Source of the DNA: an uncultured delta proteobacterium
GTDB taxonomy: Bacteria; Desulfobacterota; Desulfuromonadia; Geobacterales; Pseudopelobacteraceae
NCBI GenBank assembly: GCA_963772835.1
Contig: CAVYYZ010000008.1
Location: forward strand, 64,001 to 128,000
DNA: 64,000 nt
Reading direction: 5' to 3'
Under the pieces are notes generated by a model. The model saw only the letters and a program-made list of their open reading frames with translations. It was not told the origin of the DNA and ran no database searches. Every line of letters starts with the position of its first letter. Position 1 is the first letter of the stretch. Both the position numbers and the translations under genes were made by a program. Shown in pieces: positions 31,143-42,171 of the stretch.

Positions 31143-31412
31143 TTAAGTGTCAGGTCCTGAAACGTTATTTATTCGATTAAGTACTTTGCTAATAATCGCA
31201 TAGTGGCCATCCGGACTGAAGGAAGAGGTGGAAATGATTTGGAATACGTGCCGCGCAAAGCACTCAGTTTCTGTGGCCGACAATACATCTGTGAGTCGCG
31301 TGACACATAAATGCCTGTCCGTGTCATCGAAAAATATGTTGCGTTTCTCGATCCCGCGCACTATCACGTGCGCCACTATTCCTGGATCATCTAATCCGGC
31401 TTTACGTGGCAT
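31143..31412 (-). pseudogene. RAYT / Y1 (IS200-like) transposase remnant
   Basis: MPRKAGLDDPG..HVIVRGIEKRNIFFDDTDR N-terminus; HUH motif IPNHFHL present only in a shifted frame; most of the gene missing. Confidence 0.85.
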
Positions 31413-31494
31413 GTTGCGTTGTTAACATGTTAGCCATAAATCAACTCGCAAACAACGTCCACTTAGACCTCAGTGAACATCAAAAGCCCTGCCC

Positions 31495-31523
31495 TTGACA
31501 TAAGACACAGGGGAGTCCATAAC
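31495..31523 (+). promoter_or_regulatory. putative sigma70 promoter
   Basis: TTGACA-17bp-CATAAC upstream of the M23 gene leader. Confidence 0.5.
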
Positions 31524-31554
31524 ATACGTGTGTTGATGTCCATTATTCCGGTCA

Positions 31555-31630
31555 GTACAAGTTAAACCACGTCCACATGGGACGCCAAAACAAGCCACCT
31601 CCCCTCAGAACGACCAGTCCCGACAATTCG
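31555..31630 (+). promoter_or_regulatory. degenerate GEMM-I (c-di-GMP/cGAMP) riboswitch-like leader
   Basis: ACAAG-TTAAACCA...TGGGACGCCAAAAC...CTCCCCTCAGA...CCAGTCCCGA follows the order of GEMM-I consensus blocks; the P2 GNRA loop is lost. Confidence 0.4.
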
Positions 31631-31746
31631 AATACTTCCCCGGGAATACACATTGATCGGACATTTTTTGCGATGTTGCATATCTGTCACATTGCTCATC
31701 GGAAAAACGCAGCACGTGTATTCAACAACAAACAGAGCCAACAAGG

Positions 31747-33069
31747 ATGCCTATGAAAAACTTCACAATGGTTAAAGTAATCGTGCTGATCGCCCTGCTC
31801 GGAATGATTCTGTTCTATTTTCTGGGGACCTCCGCGCCTGAAGTGTCGTTAAACCTTGAAGCAGGACCGCTTGGCGGCAGTCGGGAGCTTACCCTGAAGC
31901 TGGACGCACAGGGTGGGATTCTGAAAAAGCTGTCTGTTTCCGCAGTGCAAGCAGAGAAGACGGTCACCGTACTGGAAAAGGTGTATCCCTCCGGCAGCCG
32001 GCAGAGCACGGAGACCTTCAGCCTGGCGAAGTCCGGCCTGAAGGATGGGGAGATTACCCTGCAGGTCACGGCAACAGGTTCCGCCACCCGTTTCGGTGCT
32101 GACCGGACCACAACCCGGCCTTTTCCCTTCACTTTGGATAACAAGCCGCCTGAAGTGGCGATATTGAGCGTTGCACACAATATTATCCAGGGAGGTGCGG
32201 GACTGGTTGTCTACACAATCTCGAAAGATGTTGAAAAGAGCGGTGTGGTATTCGGCGACCAGTTTTATCCGGGGTACCGACAGGGAGGGGATACGTATGC
32301 CTGTCTCTTCCCGTTCCCCTATAATCTGGATCCCGACAAGTTCGTACCCAGGGTGATAGCGGTCGACAGGGCAGGCAACGAGCGGCAACGCGGCATCAAC
32401 TATCATTTGATTGCAAAAAGCTTTTCAACTGACCGTATCAATCTGAGCGACAGCTTCCTCGAAAAGATTGCCGCGGAGTTCAAGGGGAAGTTCCCCCAGG
32501 CGGCAACGCCCCTGGAGACATTCCTCACGGCAAACAGGGACGAGCGGCAGCAGGACCTCAAGCTGATCAACGAATATGGCCGCAAGACCTCGCCGGTGCC
32601 GCTCTGGCGGGAGACCTTCCTGCGCATGCCGAAAACAGCCTCTCTCGGCGGGTTTGCGCAGTTTCGCACCTATCTCTACCAGGGGCACGAGGTCGACCGG
32701 CAGACACATCTCGGGTTCGATCTGGCATCGCTGGCCCACGCAGACGTACCGGCCGCCAACCGCGGCAAGGTCGTCTTTGCAGGCGACCTGGGCATCTATG
32801 GCAGTTGCATCATTATCGACCACGGACTGGGGTTACAGACCATCTACGGACACCTGAGCCGGATCAGTGTCAAGCCGGGTGATATGGTGGAAAGCGGAAA
32901 GGTAATCGGTGCTACCGGGGCCACCGGCATGGCCGGCGGCGATCATCTCCATTACGAAATGACCATTTCCGGTCAGTCGGTCAATCCGATCGAATGGTGG
33001 GATGCGCACTGGATGAAAAATAACGTTACGGGCAAGCTCAAAATAGTCAAGGCGACCGGCTCCAAATAA
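31747..33069 (+). CDS. M23-family metallopeptidase
   Basis: N-terminal TM helix; [38 protein letters not shown]. Confidence 0.93.
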   Translation: MPMKNFTMVKVIVLIALLGMILFYFLGTSAPEVSLNLEAGPLGGSRELTLKLDAQGGILKKLSVSAVQAEKTVTVLEKVYPSGSRQSTETFSLAKSGLKDGEITLQVTATGSATRFGADRTTTRPFPFTLDNKPPEVAILSVAHNIIQGGAGLVVYTISKDVEKSGVVFGDQFYPGYRQGGDTYACLFPFPYNLDPDKFVPRVIAVDRAGNERQRGINYHLIAKSFSTDRINLSDSFLEKIAAEFKGKFPQAATPLETFLTANRDERQQDLKLINEYGRKTSPVPLWRETFLRMPKTASLGGFAQFRTYLYQGHEVDRQTHLGFDLASLAHADVPAANRGKVVFAGDLGIYGSCIIIDHGLGLQTIYGHLSRISVKPGDMVESGKVIGATGATGMAGGDHLHYEMTISGQSVNPIEWWDAHWMKNNVTGKLKIVKATGSK

Positions 33070-33144
33070 GTAAATTGGGGTATACCGGAGTTAATTGGTG
33101 CGTTCATCTTATCCTCCCAGCTCAAGGTGTCTCCTGGGGGTTGA

Positions 33145-33389
33145 ATCCACCTGTACGAGTCCGAATTGCAAGAGTCGCTCTAGCTATGCCGTCCGTCGTG
33201 CCAAGATCCTCGCAGGTCATTGCCCGCACCTTTCGCCATTCCTTTGCCACGCACCTTTTGCAGGCAAATTACGACATCTGCACCATCCAGAAACCACGCG
33301 GCCACTCCAGCCTGAAAACAACAATGATCTACGCACTCTGCGTTCCGGACAGGGCGATGAAAGAGCCGAAAAGTCCTCTCGATTTCTGA
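33145..33389 (+). pseudogene. intI: integron integrase (IntI) C-terminal remnant
   Basis: Across frameshifts and a TAG stop: [59 protein letters not shown]...KSPLDF; 5' part missing. Confidence 0.88.
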
Positions 33390-33428
33390 GGTTTCATGTG
33401 ACATTCACTAAACATCAAGGAGGCACAT

Positions 33429-34232
33429 GTGCCTGAACTTCCGGAAGTTGAAGTAACCCGCCGTAGGCTGGAAGCAGATCTGATGGGAAAAAGATTTATA
33501 CAGGTGGTGCTGCGCGTTACGAAACTTCGGCTTTCGGTTCCACCTGAACTCGCAACTGTTCTGCCGGGGCTTGTGCTGCACGGTATTATGCGGCGAGGGA
33601 AGTATCTGCTGTTTGACTGCGGCAGCGGCTGGCTGCTCGTACATCTGGGAATGACCGGCTTTCTGCGGGTGCTCAACGGTACATCACCGCCGGAAAAACA
33701 CGATCATATTGATTTCATGTTCGATGACGGTCTGCTGCTCCGTTTTCATGATCCGCGTAAATTCGGCATCGTCTCCTGGTTCACCGGTGATCCGGAACAG
33801 CATCCGCTTCTTGCAGGGATCGGCCCGGAGCCGTTTGAAGGGGGCTTTGACGGTGCCTACCTGTTTGGCGTCGCCAGAGACCGGACCGTTGCGGTCAAAC
33901 AGCTGATCATGAACAGTCAGGTGGTGGCCGGGGTGGGGAATATTTATGCCAATGAGGCGCTGTTCCGTGCCCACATCCGTCCGGACCGCGCTTCCGGAAC
34001 TTTGACGCTCCGGGAGTGTACGGAACTTGTTGCGACGATCTGCACTGTTCTGGAAGAGTCGATTGGCGAAGGGAGTGCCTTCCGGGTGTCAGAGGAAACT
34101 GTCGCGTATTACCCGCAGGCACTCAAGGTGTACGGCCGCGGAGGAAAGAGCTGTTTCGCATGCGGAAAAACTCTTGATGAGACCAGACTCGGGAACCGGA
34201 GTACTGTTTTCTGCAGCATCTGTCAAAAATGA
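33429..34232 (+). CDS. mutM: formamidopyrimidine-DNA glycosylase
   Basis: PELPEVE N-terminus, RRGKYL, HLGMTG, DPRKFG, GVGNIYA, C-terminal zinc finger. Confidence 0.97.
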   Translation: MPELPEVEVTRRRLEADLMGKRFIQVVLRVTKLRLSVPPELATVLPGLVLHGIMRRGKYLLFDCGSGWLLVHLGMTGFLRVLNGTSPPEKHDHIDFMFDDGLLLRFHDPRKFGIVSWFTGDPEQHPLLAGIGPEPFEGGFDGAYLFGVARDRTVAVKQLIMNSQVVAGVGNIYANEALFRAHIRPDRASGTLTLRECTELVATICTVLEESIGEGSAFRVSEETVAYYPQALKVYGRGGKSCFACGKTLDETRLGNRSTVFCSICQK

Positions 34233-34339
34233 GCGGCAGGGTGCCACTGCAGTCAGATAAAACCTTGCGATACCTCAGCCGGATATGTTAATTTCTACCC
34301 CTTTATATCTACAAACCTATCCTTCAGGAGACACCTCTC

Positions 34340-35368
34340 ATGGCTGAAAAAAACAACGTAGTGGAGAAAAACAAGGCAATTGATCTGGCTCTGAGCCAGA
34401 TTGAAAAACAGTTCGGCAAGGGCGCTATTATGCGACTCGGCAATGACGAGGCGCTTCCGGGGGTTGAGGCTATTTCCACCGGTTCCATTTCTCTCGACAT
34501 GGCTCTGGGAGTGGGCGGTGTTCCCCGCGGAAGGGTGATTGAAATTTATGGCCCCGAATCATCAGGAAAAACGACACTGGCACTGCATATCGTCGCGGAG
34601 GCACAGAAAACGGGAGGCATTGCCGCGTTCATCGATGCCGAACATGCACTCGACATCGGCTATGCCCGTAAGTTGGGCGTCAAGACCGATGATCTGCTGG
34701 TATCGCAGCCGGACACCGGTGAGCAGGCGCTGGAAATTACTGAGACGCTGGTCAGGAGCGGTGCGATCGACGTTCTGGTTGTTGACTCGGTGGCCGCTCT
34801 GGTGCCCAAAGCCGAAATTGAAGGTGACATGGGTGACTCCCATATGGGACTGCAGGCGCGTCTGATGTCCCAGGCGCTGCGCAAGCTGACCGGTATCATC
34901 AGCAAGTCGAACTGCTGTGTTATTTTCATCAATCAGATCAGGATGAAAATCGGCGTCATGTTCGGTAATCCCGAGACGACAACCGGCGGTAACGCTCTTA
35001 AATTTTACGCTTCCGTGCGTATGGATATCCGCAAAATTGCGACACTGAAGCAGGGAGATCAGATCATCGGTTCCCGTACCCGGGTCAAGGTTGTCAAAAA
35101 CAAGGTTGCCCCCCCGTTCAAAGAAGTTGAATTTGATATTCTCTACGGTGAAGGTATCTCGCGAACCGGGGACGTGCTGGATCTGGCGGTTGATAGAAAC
35201 ATCGTGGAAAAAAGCGGTGCATGGTACTCCTACGGCAAAGAGCGGATCGGTCAGGGGCGCGAGAATTCACGCACCTGGCTGACTGAACACCCCGAAACGC
35301 TTGCCGAGATTGAAGGTAAACTGATGGATCTGCTCAAGCCGGCTCCCGCCCCTGAAAAGGCTGCTTAG
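34340..35368 (+). CDS. recA: recombinase A
   Basis: [36 protein letters not shown]. Confidence 0.99.
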   Translation: MAEKNNVVEKNKAIDLALSQIEKQFGKGAIMRLGNDEALPGVEAISTGSISLDMALGVGGVPRGRVIEIYGPESSGKTTLALHIVAEAQKTGGIAAFIDAEHALDIGYARKLGVKTDDLLVSQPDTGEQALEITETLVRSGAIDVLVVDSVAALVPKAEIEGDMGDSHMGLQARLMSQALRKLTGIISKSNCCVIFINQIRMKIGVMFGNPETTTGGNALKFYASVRMDIRKIATLKQGDQIIGSRTRVKVVKNKVAPPFKEVEFDILYGEGISRTGDVLDLAVDRNIVEKSGAWYSYGKERIGQGRENSRTWLTEHPETLAEIEGKLMDLLKPAPAPEKAA

Positions 35369-35383
35369 CTGCGGAGGTAAGTC

Positions 35384-36541
35384 ATGGATCTGAACGAGAT
35401 ACTCACCATTGCGTTTAAAGCCAAGGGTTCGGATATTCATATAAAGACCGGCCTGCCTCCTATTGTGCGTATTGACGGCCGTCTTCACCCGATCCCCAAC
35501 GCCCAGCGGCTGTCGCCCGACTTTGTGTCCGACACGGCCAACTCGATGATGAATGATCGTCAACGGCGTATGTTTGAGGAAAACTATGAAGTCGATCTGG
35601 CATATGCCGTGCCGGGACTCGGCCGCTTCAGGGTCAGTGTCTACCGGCAGCGCGGCACGGTGGCGATGGTCTTCCGCTCTATTTCATTTGTTATCCCGAC
35701 GCTGGAAGGGCTCAATCTGCCGCCGGTCATGAAGAAAATCTGCCTGGAAGAGCGGGGGCTGATCCTGGTGACAGGGACCACCGGTTCGGGCAAATCAAGT
35801 ACGCTTGCGGCCATGATTGATTTCATCAATAATCAGCGTACCTGTAATGTCATCACAATCGAAGATCCGGTTGAATTCCTGCACCGCGATAACAAGAGCA
35901 TCATCAGCCAGCGTGAGGTCGGTACTGATACACCTACGTTCTCAGCTGCTCTGAAAGGGGCGCTGCGCCAGGATCCTGACGTCATTCTGGTTGGCGAAAT
36001 GCGTGATTATGAAACGATCGAGACGGCGATGACCGCTGCAGAGACCGGTCATCTGGTCATGTCCACCCTGCATACGATGGACGCGGCGGAAACCATCAAC
36101 CGCATCATTGGAGTGTTCCCTCCCTATCATCAGCGTCAGGTGCGAATTCAGCTGGCAGGCATCATCAAGGGTGTTATCTCCCAGAGGCTCGTGCCACGGT
36201 CAGACGGCAAGGGGCGCGTTCCGGCGGTGGAGATCATGCTGGCGTCGGCTCGTGTCAGGGAATGTATTGATGACAAGGATAAAACCAAGCAGTTGAACGA
36301 CGCCATTGCCCAGGGTTTTGTCTCATACGGGATGCAGAGCTTTGACCAGTCACTGATGAAGCTGTATTCCAGCAAGCTGATTACCTATGATGAAGCGCTT
36401 CGCCAGAGCTCTAATCCTGACGACTTTGCCCTCAAGGTGTCCGGTATTTCATCAACGTCGGATGCTTCGTGGGAAGGGTTTGAGAATAAGCCAGATGATG
36501 CCGCCGCGGAGCCGGATACGCTTGATATCGAAAAATATTGA
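35384..36541 (+). CDS. pilT: type IV pilus PilT/PilU-family ATPase
   Basis: SDIHI, GTTGSGKS, TIEDPVE, ALRQDPDVILVGEMRD, AETGHLV. Confidence 0.9.
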   Translation: MDLNEILTIAFKAKGSDIHIKTGLPPIVRIDGRLHPIPNAQRLSPDFVSDTANSMMNDRQRRMFEENYEVDLAYAVPGLGRFRVSVYRQRGTVAMVFRSISFVIPTLEGLNLPPVMKKICLEERGLILVTGTTGSGKSSTLAAMIDFINNQRTCNVITIEDPVEFLHRDNKSIISQREVGTDTPTFSAALKGALRQDPDVILVGEMRDYETIETAMTAAETGHLVMSTLHTMDAAETINRIIGVFPPYHQRQVRIQLAGIIKGVISQRLVPRSDGKGRVPAVEIMLASARVRECIDDKDKTKQLNDAIAQGFVSYGMQSFDQSLMKLYSSKLITYDEALRQSSNPDDFALKVSGISSTSDASWEGFENKPDDAAAEPDTLDIEKY

Positions 36542-37004
36542 GCCCTTAACTGCAGACAAGGTCTACCAGTACGCGTTACGACTGCTGACCGGCCGGGATT
36601 ATACCGTTGCGAGAATACGGCAGAAACTGGCGGCGCGGGAAGTGGCCAGACAGGATCTCGAAGAGGCGGTTTCACGGCTGCAGCGTGAGGGGTGGCTGAA
36701 TGATGCGCGTTATGCCGAACGGTTTGCGGAAGCGGCGCTTTCGTCAGGCCGCTATTACGGGGCCCGCCTCCGTATGGAGATGCGCCGTAAAGGGTTCAGC
36801 GCGGATGTGGTAAGTGAAACAGTTGCGCCGCTATTGGCGGAGAGCGATGAAATTTCCGAGGTCAGGTCGGCGGCAGAGCGCCGCTACCCCGGATTTTCCT
36901 ATTCAGCGGCAAACGATCGTGACAAAAGAAGAGTGGTCGGCTTTCTGCAGCGGCGCGGCTTCGGTTTTTCCGCGATAATGCGGGCATTACGGGCTGAGGA
37001 ATAA
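36522..37004 (+). CDS. recX: regulatory protein RecX
   Basis: ALRLLTGRDYT, GWLNDARYA, FLQRRGF; TTG start uncertain. Confidence 0.88.
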   Translation: MISKNIEPLTADKVYQYALRLLTGRDYTVARIRQKLAAREVARQDLEEAVSRLQREGWLNDARYAERFAEAALSSGRYYGARLRMEMRRKGFSADVVSETVAPLLAESDEISEVRSAAERRYPGFSYSAANDRDKRRVVGFLQRRGFGFSAIMRALRAEE

Positions 37005-37209
37005 GCATAAGGACAGTCCGCCAATAAAGTTTTCCGCAACGACGCAACAACAAATGTTCAACTCGTGGAAAAAGGACTTGTATATAAGACCTTCGTCAGG
37101 TGCAAACTGACTGTTGTCAGTGCATGGAAGCGAGTTGCATATGCCCGGTTTGATGGTGTTTCACCCACGAATGGTAACGAATCAAATAGCAAGGGAGTAC
37201 GAAGACATC

Positions 37210-39846
37210 ATGACAGGTACAGAGATTCGAGCACTTTTTCTTCAGTATTTTGCCGACCGGGGTCACACAGTCGTTCCCAGTTCGGGAATCCTTCCCAAGA
37301 ATGATCCGACCCTGATGTTTGCCAATGCCGGTATGAACCAGTTCAAGGATTGTTTTCTGGGGCTTGAGGATAGAGGGTATTACCGGGCTGCCAGTTCCCA
37401 GAAATGCGTTCGGGCGGGAGGGAAGCATAACGATCTCGAAAACGTCGGCCGGACGGCCCGGCACCACACGTTCTTTGAAATGCTGGGGAATTTTTCCTTC
37501 GGTGATTATTTCAAGAAAGAGGCGATTGCCTATGCCTGGGAGTTTTTGACCGAAGAGTTGAAGCTGGACAAAAACCGCCTGTATGTGACGGTTTACACCG
37601 ATGATGATGAAGCTGCAGATATCTGGCACATGCAGGAAGGCATACCCCGTGACCGTATTTTCCGCTTCGGCGAAAAGGACAATTTCTGGTCGATGGGTGA
37701 TACCGGTCCCTGCGGTCCCTGCAGCGAAATTTTCTATGATCAGGGGGCGGAAATCGGGTGCGATCGCCCCGACTGCAACGTCGGCTGTGACTGTGACCGT
37801 TACATGGAGATCTGGAACAACGTATTCATGCAGTTCAACCGGACAAGTGACGGTGTCCTGACGCCGCTTCCGAAGCCGTCGGTGGATACCGGAATGGGAT
37901 TGGAACGCGTTACGGCAGTTATGCAGGGGGTCAGATCCAATTACGATATTGATATCCTGCAGGGGATTATCCGTCATATTGAACGGTTGTCGGGTAAACT
38001 CTACGGTGCCGATGATAAGGATAACGTCTCGATGCGGGTTATTGCCGATCATGCCCGGGCGGTGACGTTCCTTATCTGTGACGGCGCTCTCCCGTCCAAT
38101 GAAGGGCGTGGATATGTGCTGCGGCGCATCATGCGCCGGGCCGCCCGCCATGCCAAGATGCTCGGCTGTGCGGAGCCGATGCTGCATCACATGGTTGATG
38201 CGGTACGGGAGGCGATGGGGGATGCATATCCGGAACTGCAGGAACGTGAAGAGTATATCAAGAAGGTCGTTCTCGGTGAGGAGCAGCGTTTTGCTGAAAC
38301 CCTGGATCGAGGGCTGGCTATTCTCAATGATGAGGTTGCCGCCCTGCGTGGCGCCGGAACAGATGTGATCCCGGGTGATGTGCTGTTCAAACTGTACGAT
38401 ACCTATGGATTTCCGATTGATCTGACGGCCGATATTGTCGAGAGCGAGGGCTTTACGATTGATGAAGCCGGTTTTGAAAGAAGCATGGAGCGTCAGCGGG
38501 CACAGGCACGTGAGCATTGGAAAGGCTCTGGTGAAGAGGGGATTGCCCAGGTATACAAAGAACTTCACAACAGTGGAGTGCGCGGGCAGTTTGTCGGCTA
38601 CGACGAAATGTCGACCTACGCTCCTGTCGTGGCAATTATCCGCGATGGAGTTCCTGTTGAATCAGCAGCGGCGGGGGATTCGGTGGCGCTGATCACTGAA
38701 AAGACCCCGTTCTATGGAGATTCGGGTGGCCAGAAAGGTGATTGCGGAACAATTTCAACTGGAAACGCACACCTTGAAGTGAGTACTGCCAGCCGCCCCT
38801 TTACCGATATGATTGTCCATCACGCAGTCGTGACAGAGGGGATTGTCAAAATCGGTGATGCTGCGGATTTAAAAGTGTCCCGCCTGGAACGCGATGCCAT
38901 CTGCCGGAATCATACCGCGACGCACCTGCTCCAGAGTGCTCTTCGTCAGGTGTTGGGTGAACATGTCAAACAGGCCGGTTCACTGGTATCGCTTGATCGC
39001 CTTCGTTTTGACTTCACGCATTTTTCTGCGACATCTGATGAAGAGTTGCGCCGGATTGAAACGATTGTGAACAGGTTCGTCATGGCAAATCATCAGGTAA
39101 TAACCCGTGAGATGAATGTCGCTGAAGCGATAGAGTCAGGTGCCACGGCGTTATTTGATGAGAAATACGGTGATTCTGTCCGTGTCGTGAGGGTAGGCGA
39201 CGTCAGCATGGAGTTGTGCGGCGGAACTCATGTTCGGGCTGCCGGTGATATAGGCCTGTTCAAAATCGTTTCTGAAGCGGGAATTGCTGCCGGAGTACGG
39301 CGTATCGAAGCATTGACCGGTCTCGGGGCGCTCGGCTTTGTCAGGCAGATGGAAGACGAGCAGAGAGAAATAGCTCAGCTGCTTAAGGCGGAAGCGGGTA
39401 ATTCCCGCGACCGGCTCGAAAAACTGCTGGCCCGTCAGAGAGATCTGCTTCGTGAAATAGAAACTCTTCAGTCAAAGCTGAATGTTGCCGCTTCCGGAGA
39501 TTTGCTGTCACAGACGACTCTGGTACAGGGGATAAAGCTGCTGGCAGTCCAGGTACAGGTTGAGGATATAAAAGCACTGCGTGACCTGTCAGATACACTG
39601 AAAGACCGCATCGGAGAGGGAGTGATTGCACTTGGCGCCGCAATCGGCGGCAAAGCGAATCTGCTGATCGCAGTCACCAGGGAGCTGAGCGGATCAATCA
39701 GGGCCGGCGATATTATCAAACAGATTGCGCCTCTTGTCGGCGGCAGTGGCGGTGGTAAACCGGAACTGGCGCAGGCGGGGGGAAACCAGCCGGAAATGCT
39801 GGACGAGGCATTGGCGGCAGTCTCTGCAATTCTTCTGATCCGTTGA
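37210..39846 (+). CDS. alaS: alanyl-tRNA synthetase
   Basis: [53 protein letters not shown]. Confidence 0.99.
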   Translation: MTGTEIRALFLQYFADRGHTVVPSSGILPKNDPTLMFANAGMNQFKDCFLGLEDRGYYRAASSQKCVRAGGKHNDLENVGRTARHHTFFEMLGNFSFGDYFKKEAIAYAWEFLTEELKLDKNRLYVTVYTDDDEAADIWHMQEGIPRDRIFRFGEKDNFWSMGDTGPCGPCSEIFYDQGAEIGCDRPDCNVGCDCDRYMEIWNNVFMQFNRTSDGVLTPLPKPSVDTGMGLERVTAVMQGVRSNYDIDILQGIIRHIERLSGKLYGADDKDNVSMRVIADHARAVTFLICDGALPSNEGRGYVLRRIMRRAARHAKMLGCAEPMLHHMVDAVREAMGDAYPELQEREEYIKKVVLGEEQRFAETLDRGLAILNDEVAALRGAGTDVIPGDVLFKLYDTYGFPIDLTADIVESEGFTIDEAGFERSMERQRAQAREHWKGSGEEGIAQVYKELHNSGVRGQFVGYDEMSTYAPVVAIIRDGVPVESAAAGDSVALITEKTPFYGDSGGQKGDCGTISTGNAHLEVSTASRPFTDMIVHHAVVTEGIVKIGDAADLKVSRLERDAICRNHTATHLLQSALRQVLGEHVKQAGSLVSLDRLRFDFTHFSATSDEELRRIETIVNRFVMANHQVITREMNVAEAIESGATALFDEKYGDSVRVVRVGDVSMELCGGTHVRAAGDIGLFKIVSEAGIAAGVRRIEALTGLGALGFVRQMEDEQREIAQLLKAEAGNSRDRLEKLLARQRDLLREIETLQSKLNVAASGDLLSQTTLVQGIKLLAVQVQVEDIKALRDLSDTLKDRIGEGVIALGAAIGGKANLLIAVTRELSGSIRAGDIIKQIAPLVGGSGGGKPELAQAGGNQPEMLDEALAAVSAILLIR

Positions 39847-39909
39847 GATTTACATCCCGACGTATCGGGTCAGTACACCTGTAAAACAGCGAGCACCCCG
39901 GAGTCCGGT

Positions 39910-41031
39910 ATGTCGGCACCACTCTCACATGATAAGGAGGGCCTTTTGCGATCGCCACAGGCAACTATTTTAGTTGTTGATGACGACAGGACTATCCGTG
40001 AGCTTTGTGCATTGGCCCTCAACAGGTACCGGGTGATTCAGGCGGATACATGTGAGGCGGCCTTCCGGTTATATGAGAAGGAACGTGTCGACCTGGTGCT
40101 TTCCGATATATCGATGCCCGGAGGGTCGGGTATTGATCTGCTGAAACAGATAAAAAGGCTTGATCCGAACGCGATGGTGATCATCATGACCGGGTTTGCG
40201 GATAAAGAGATCATACTGAGTGCGCTTAAGGAAGACGCCGATGATTTTATCAATAAGCCCCTCAATCTTCTGCAGCTGAAAAACTCTATCGAAAATGCAC
40301 TGGCAAAAAAAGCGCTTAAAGAGGAGTTGGCAGACATCAAGCACTCCGACGCGCTAAAAAATGCGTTTCTCTCCCTCGTATCACATAAGCTGCGCACTCC
40401 GATCACCGGTATTTCTCTGTTTCTGCAAAATCTCCGGATGGGAGTGATTAATCCCGCTGATCCGGTTTCCCGGCAGAGTATTGACCTGGCCAGCGAGGAG
40501 GTCCGCTATCTCGGTCAACTGGTTGCCGATCTGCTGTCGTTCAGTCAGGTTATGGTTGAAGGTGCTGAAGTCGTCAAGTGTTCGGCTGATTTGTCTGAAA
40601 TCGTTGCTGATGTGCTGATCAAATGCCGTGAAGAACATTGTAATTTCAATGTTGAGATTGAAACTGATCCGGATGCTTTGCCGGCGGTTTCGCTTGACGC
40701 GTCTAAAATCCGCTTTGCACTGCATCAAGTGATCGGCAATGCCTTCAAGTTCGCCGGAGCATTCGGTAATATTTTCATTAAGATCGGCAGTCACGGCAGT
40801 AATGCATTCATTATTGTGTCAGACACGGGAATCGGAATTCCGGAGTCTGAGCTGCCGAAGGTCTTTGAAAAATTTTATCAAATCGACCCGGATCACACCG
40901 GTCAGATACGCGGCTTTGGACTGGGGCTGTTCTACGCACGGGAATTCATTCTGCAGCATGGCGGTAATATCAGTATCGCCAGTGAACCTGGTTTGGGGAC
41001 AACAGTTACGATAAGCCTCCCGCTGCAATAA
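39910..41031 (+). CDS. hybrid REC-HisKA-HATPase histidine kinase
   Basis: LVVDDD, SDISMPG, FINKP receiver; SHKLRTP H-box; NAFKF, DTGIGI, GFGLGL. Confidence 0.9.
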   Translation: MSAPLSHDKEGLLRSPQATILVVDDDRTIRELCALALNRYRVIQADTCEAAFRLYEKERVDLVLSDISMPGGSGIDLLKQIKRLDPNAMVIIMTGFADKEIILSALKEDADDFINKPLNLLQLKNSIENALAKKALKEELADIKHSDALKNAFLSLVSHKLRTPITGISLFLQNLRMGVINPADPVSRQSIDLASEEVRYLGQLVADLLSFSQVMVEGAEVVKCSADLSEIVADVLIKCREEHCNFNVEIETDPDALPAVSLDASKIRFALHQVIGNAFKFAGAFGNIFIKIGSHGSNAFIIVSDTGIGIPESELPKVFEKFYQIDPDHTGQIRGFGLGLFYAREFILQHGGNISIASEPGLGTTVTISLPLQ

Positions 41032-41061
41032 GCTTTTGAGATTTTTATTAATATACGGTAG

Positions 41062-42042
<981 letters not shown>

Positions 42043-42171
42043 AACGTGCTTTTTCGTCCACCTTTCGTTGATTCCCGTGTCCCCTGGCAACATGGTGATG
42101 ATACGCCGTCGCGCCACCCATGATCGTATTGGTCTGATGTATAAACCGCATGTGACAGATAGGAAGACACA

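Larger units (their letters stand above)
23919..33428. mobile_element. accessory island / degenerate chromosomal integron
   Basis: Interrupts cinA-(mutM)-recA; contains IntI remnant, attC-like sites, RAYT pseudogene and AT-richer segments. Confidence 0.7.

Noticed and set aside
33075..33389. Intact 104-aa recombinase as listed in the ORF track
   Set aside because: Integrase similarity is spread over three frames with an in-frame stop, and the N-terminus is missing; treated as a pseudogene.
37117..38568. 483-aa antisense ORF (also 41992-43005, 57744-58718, 3978-4769, 7865-8641)
   Set aside because: Shadow ORFs opposite conserved housekeeping genes with no recognisable motifs.
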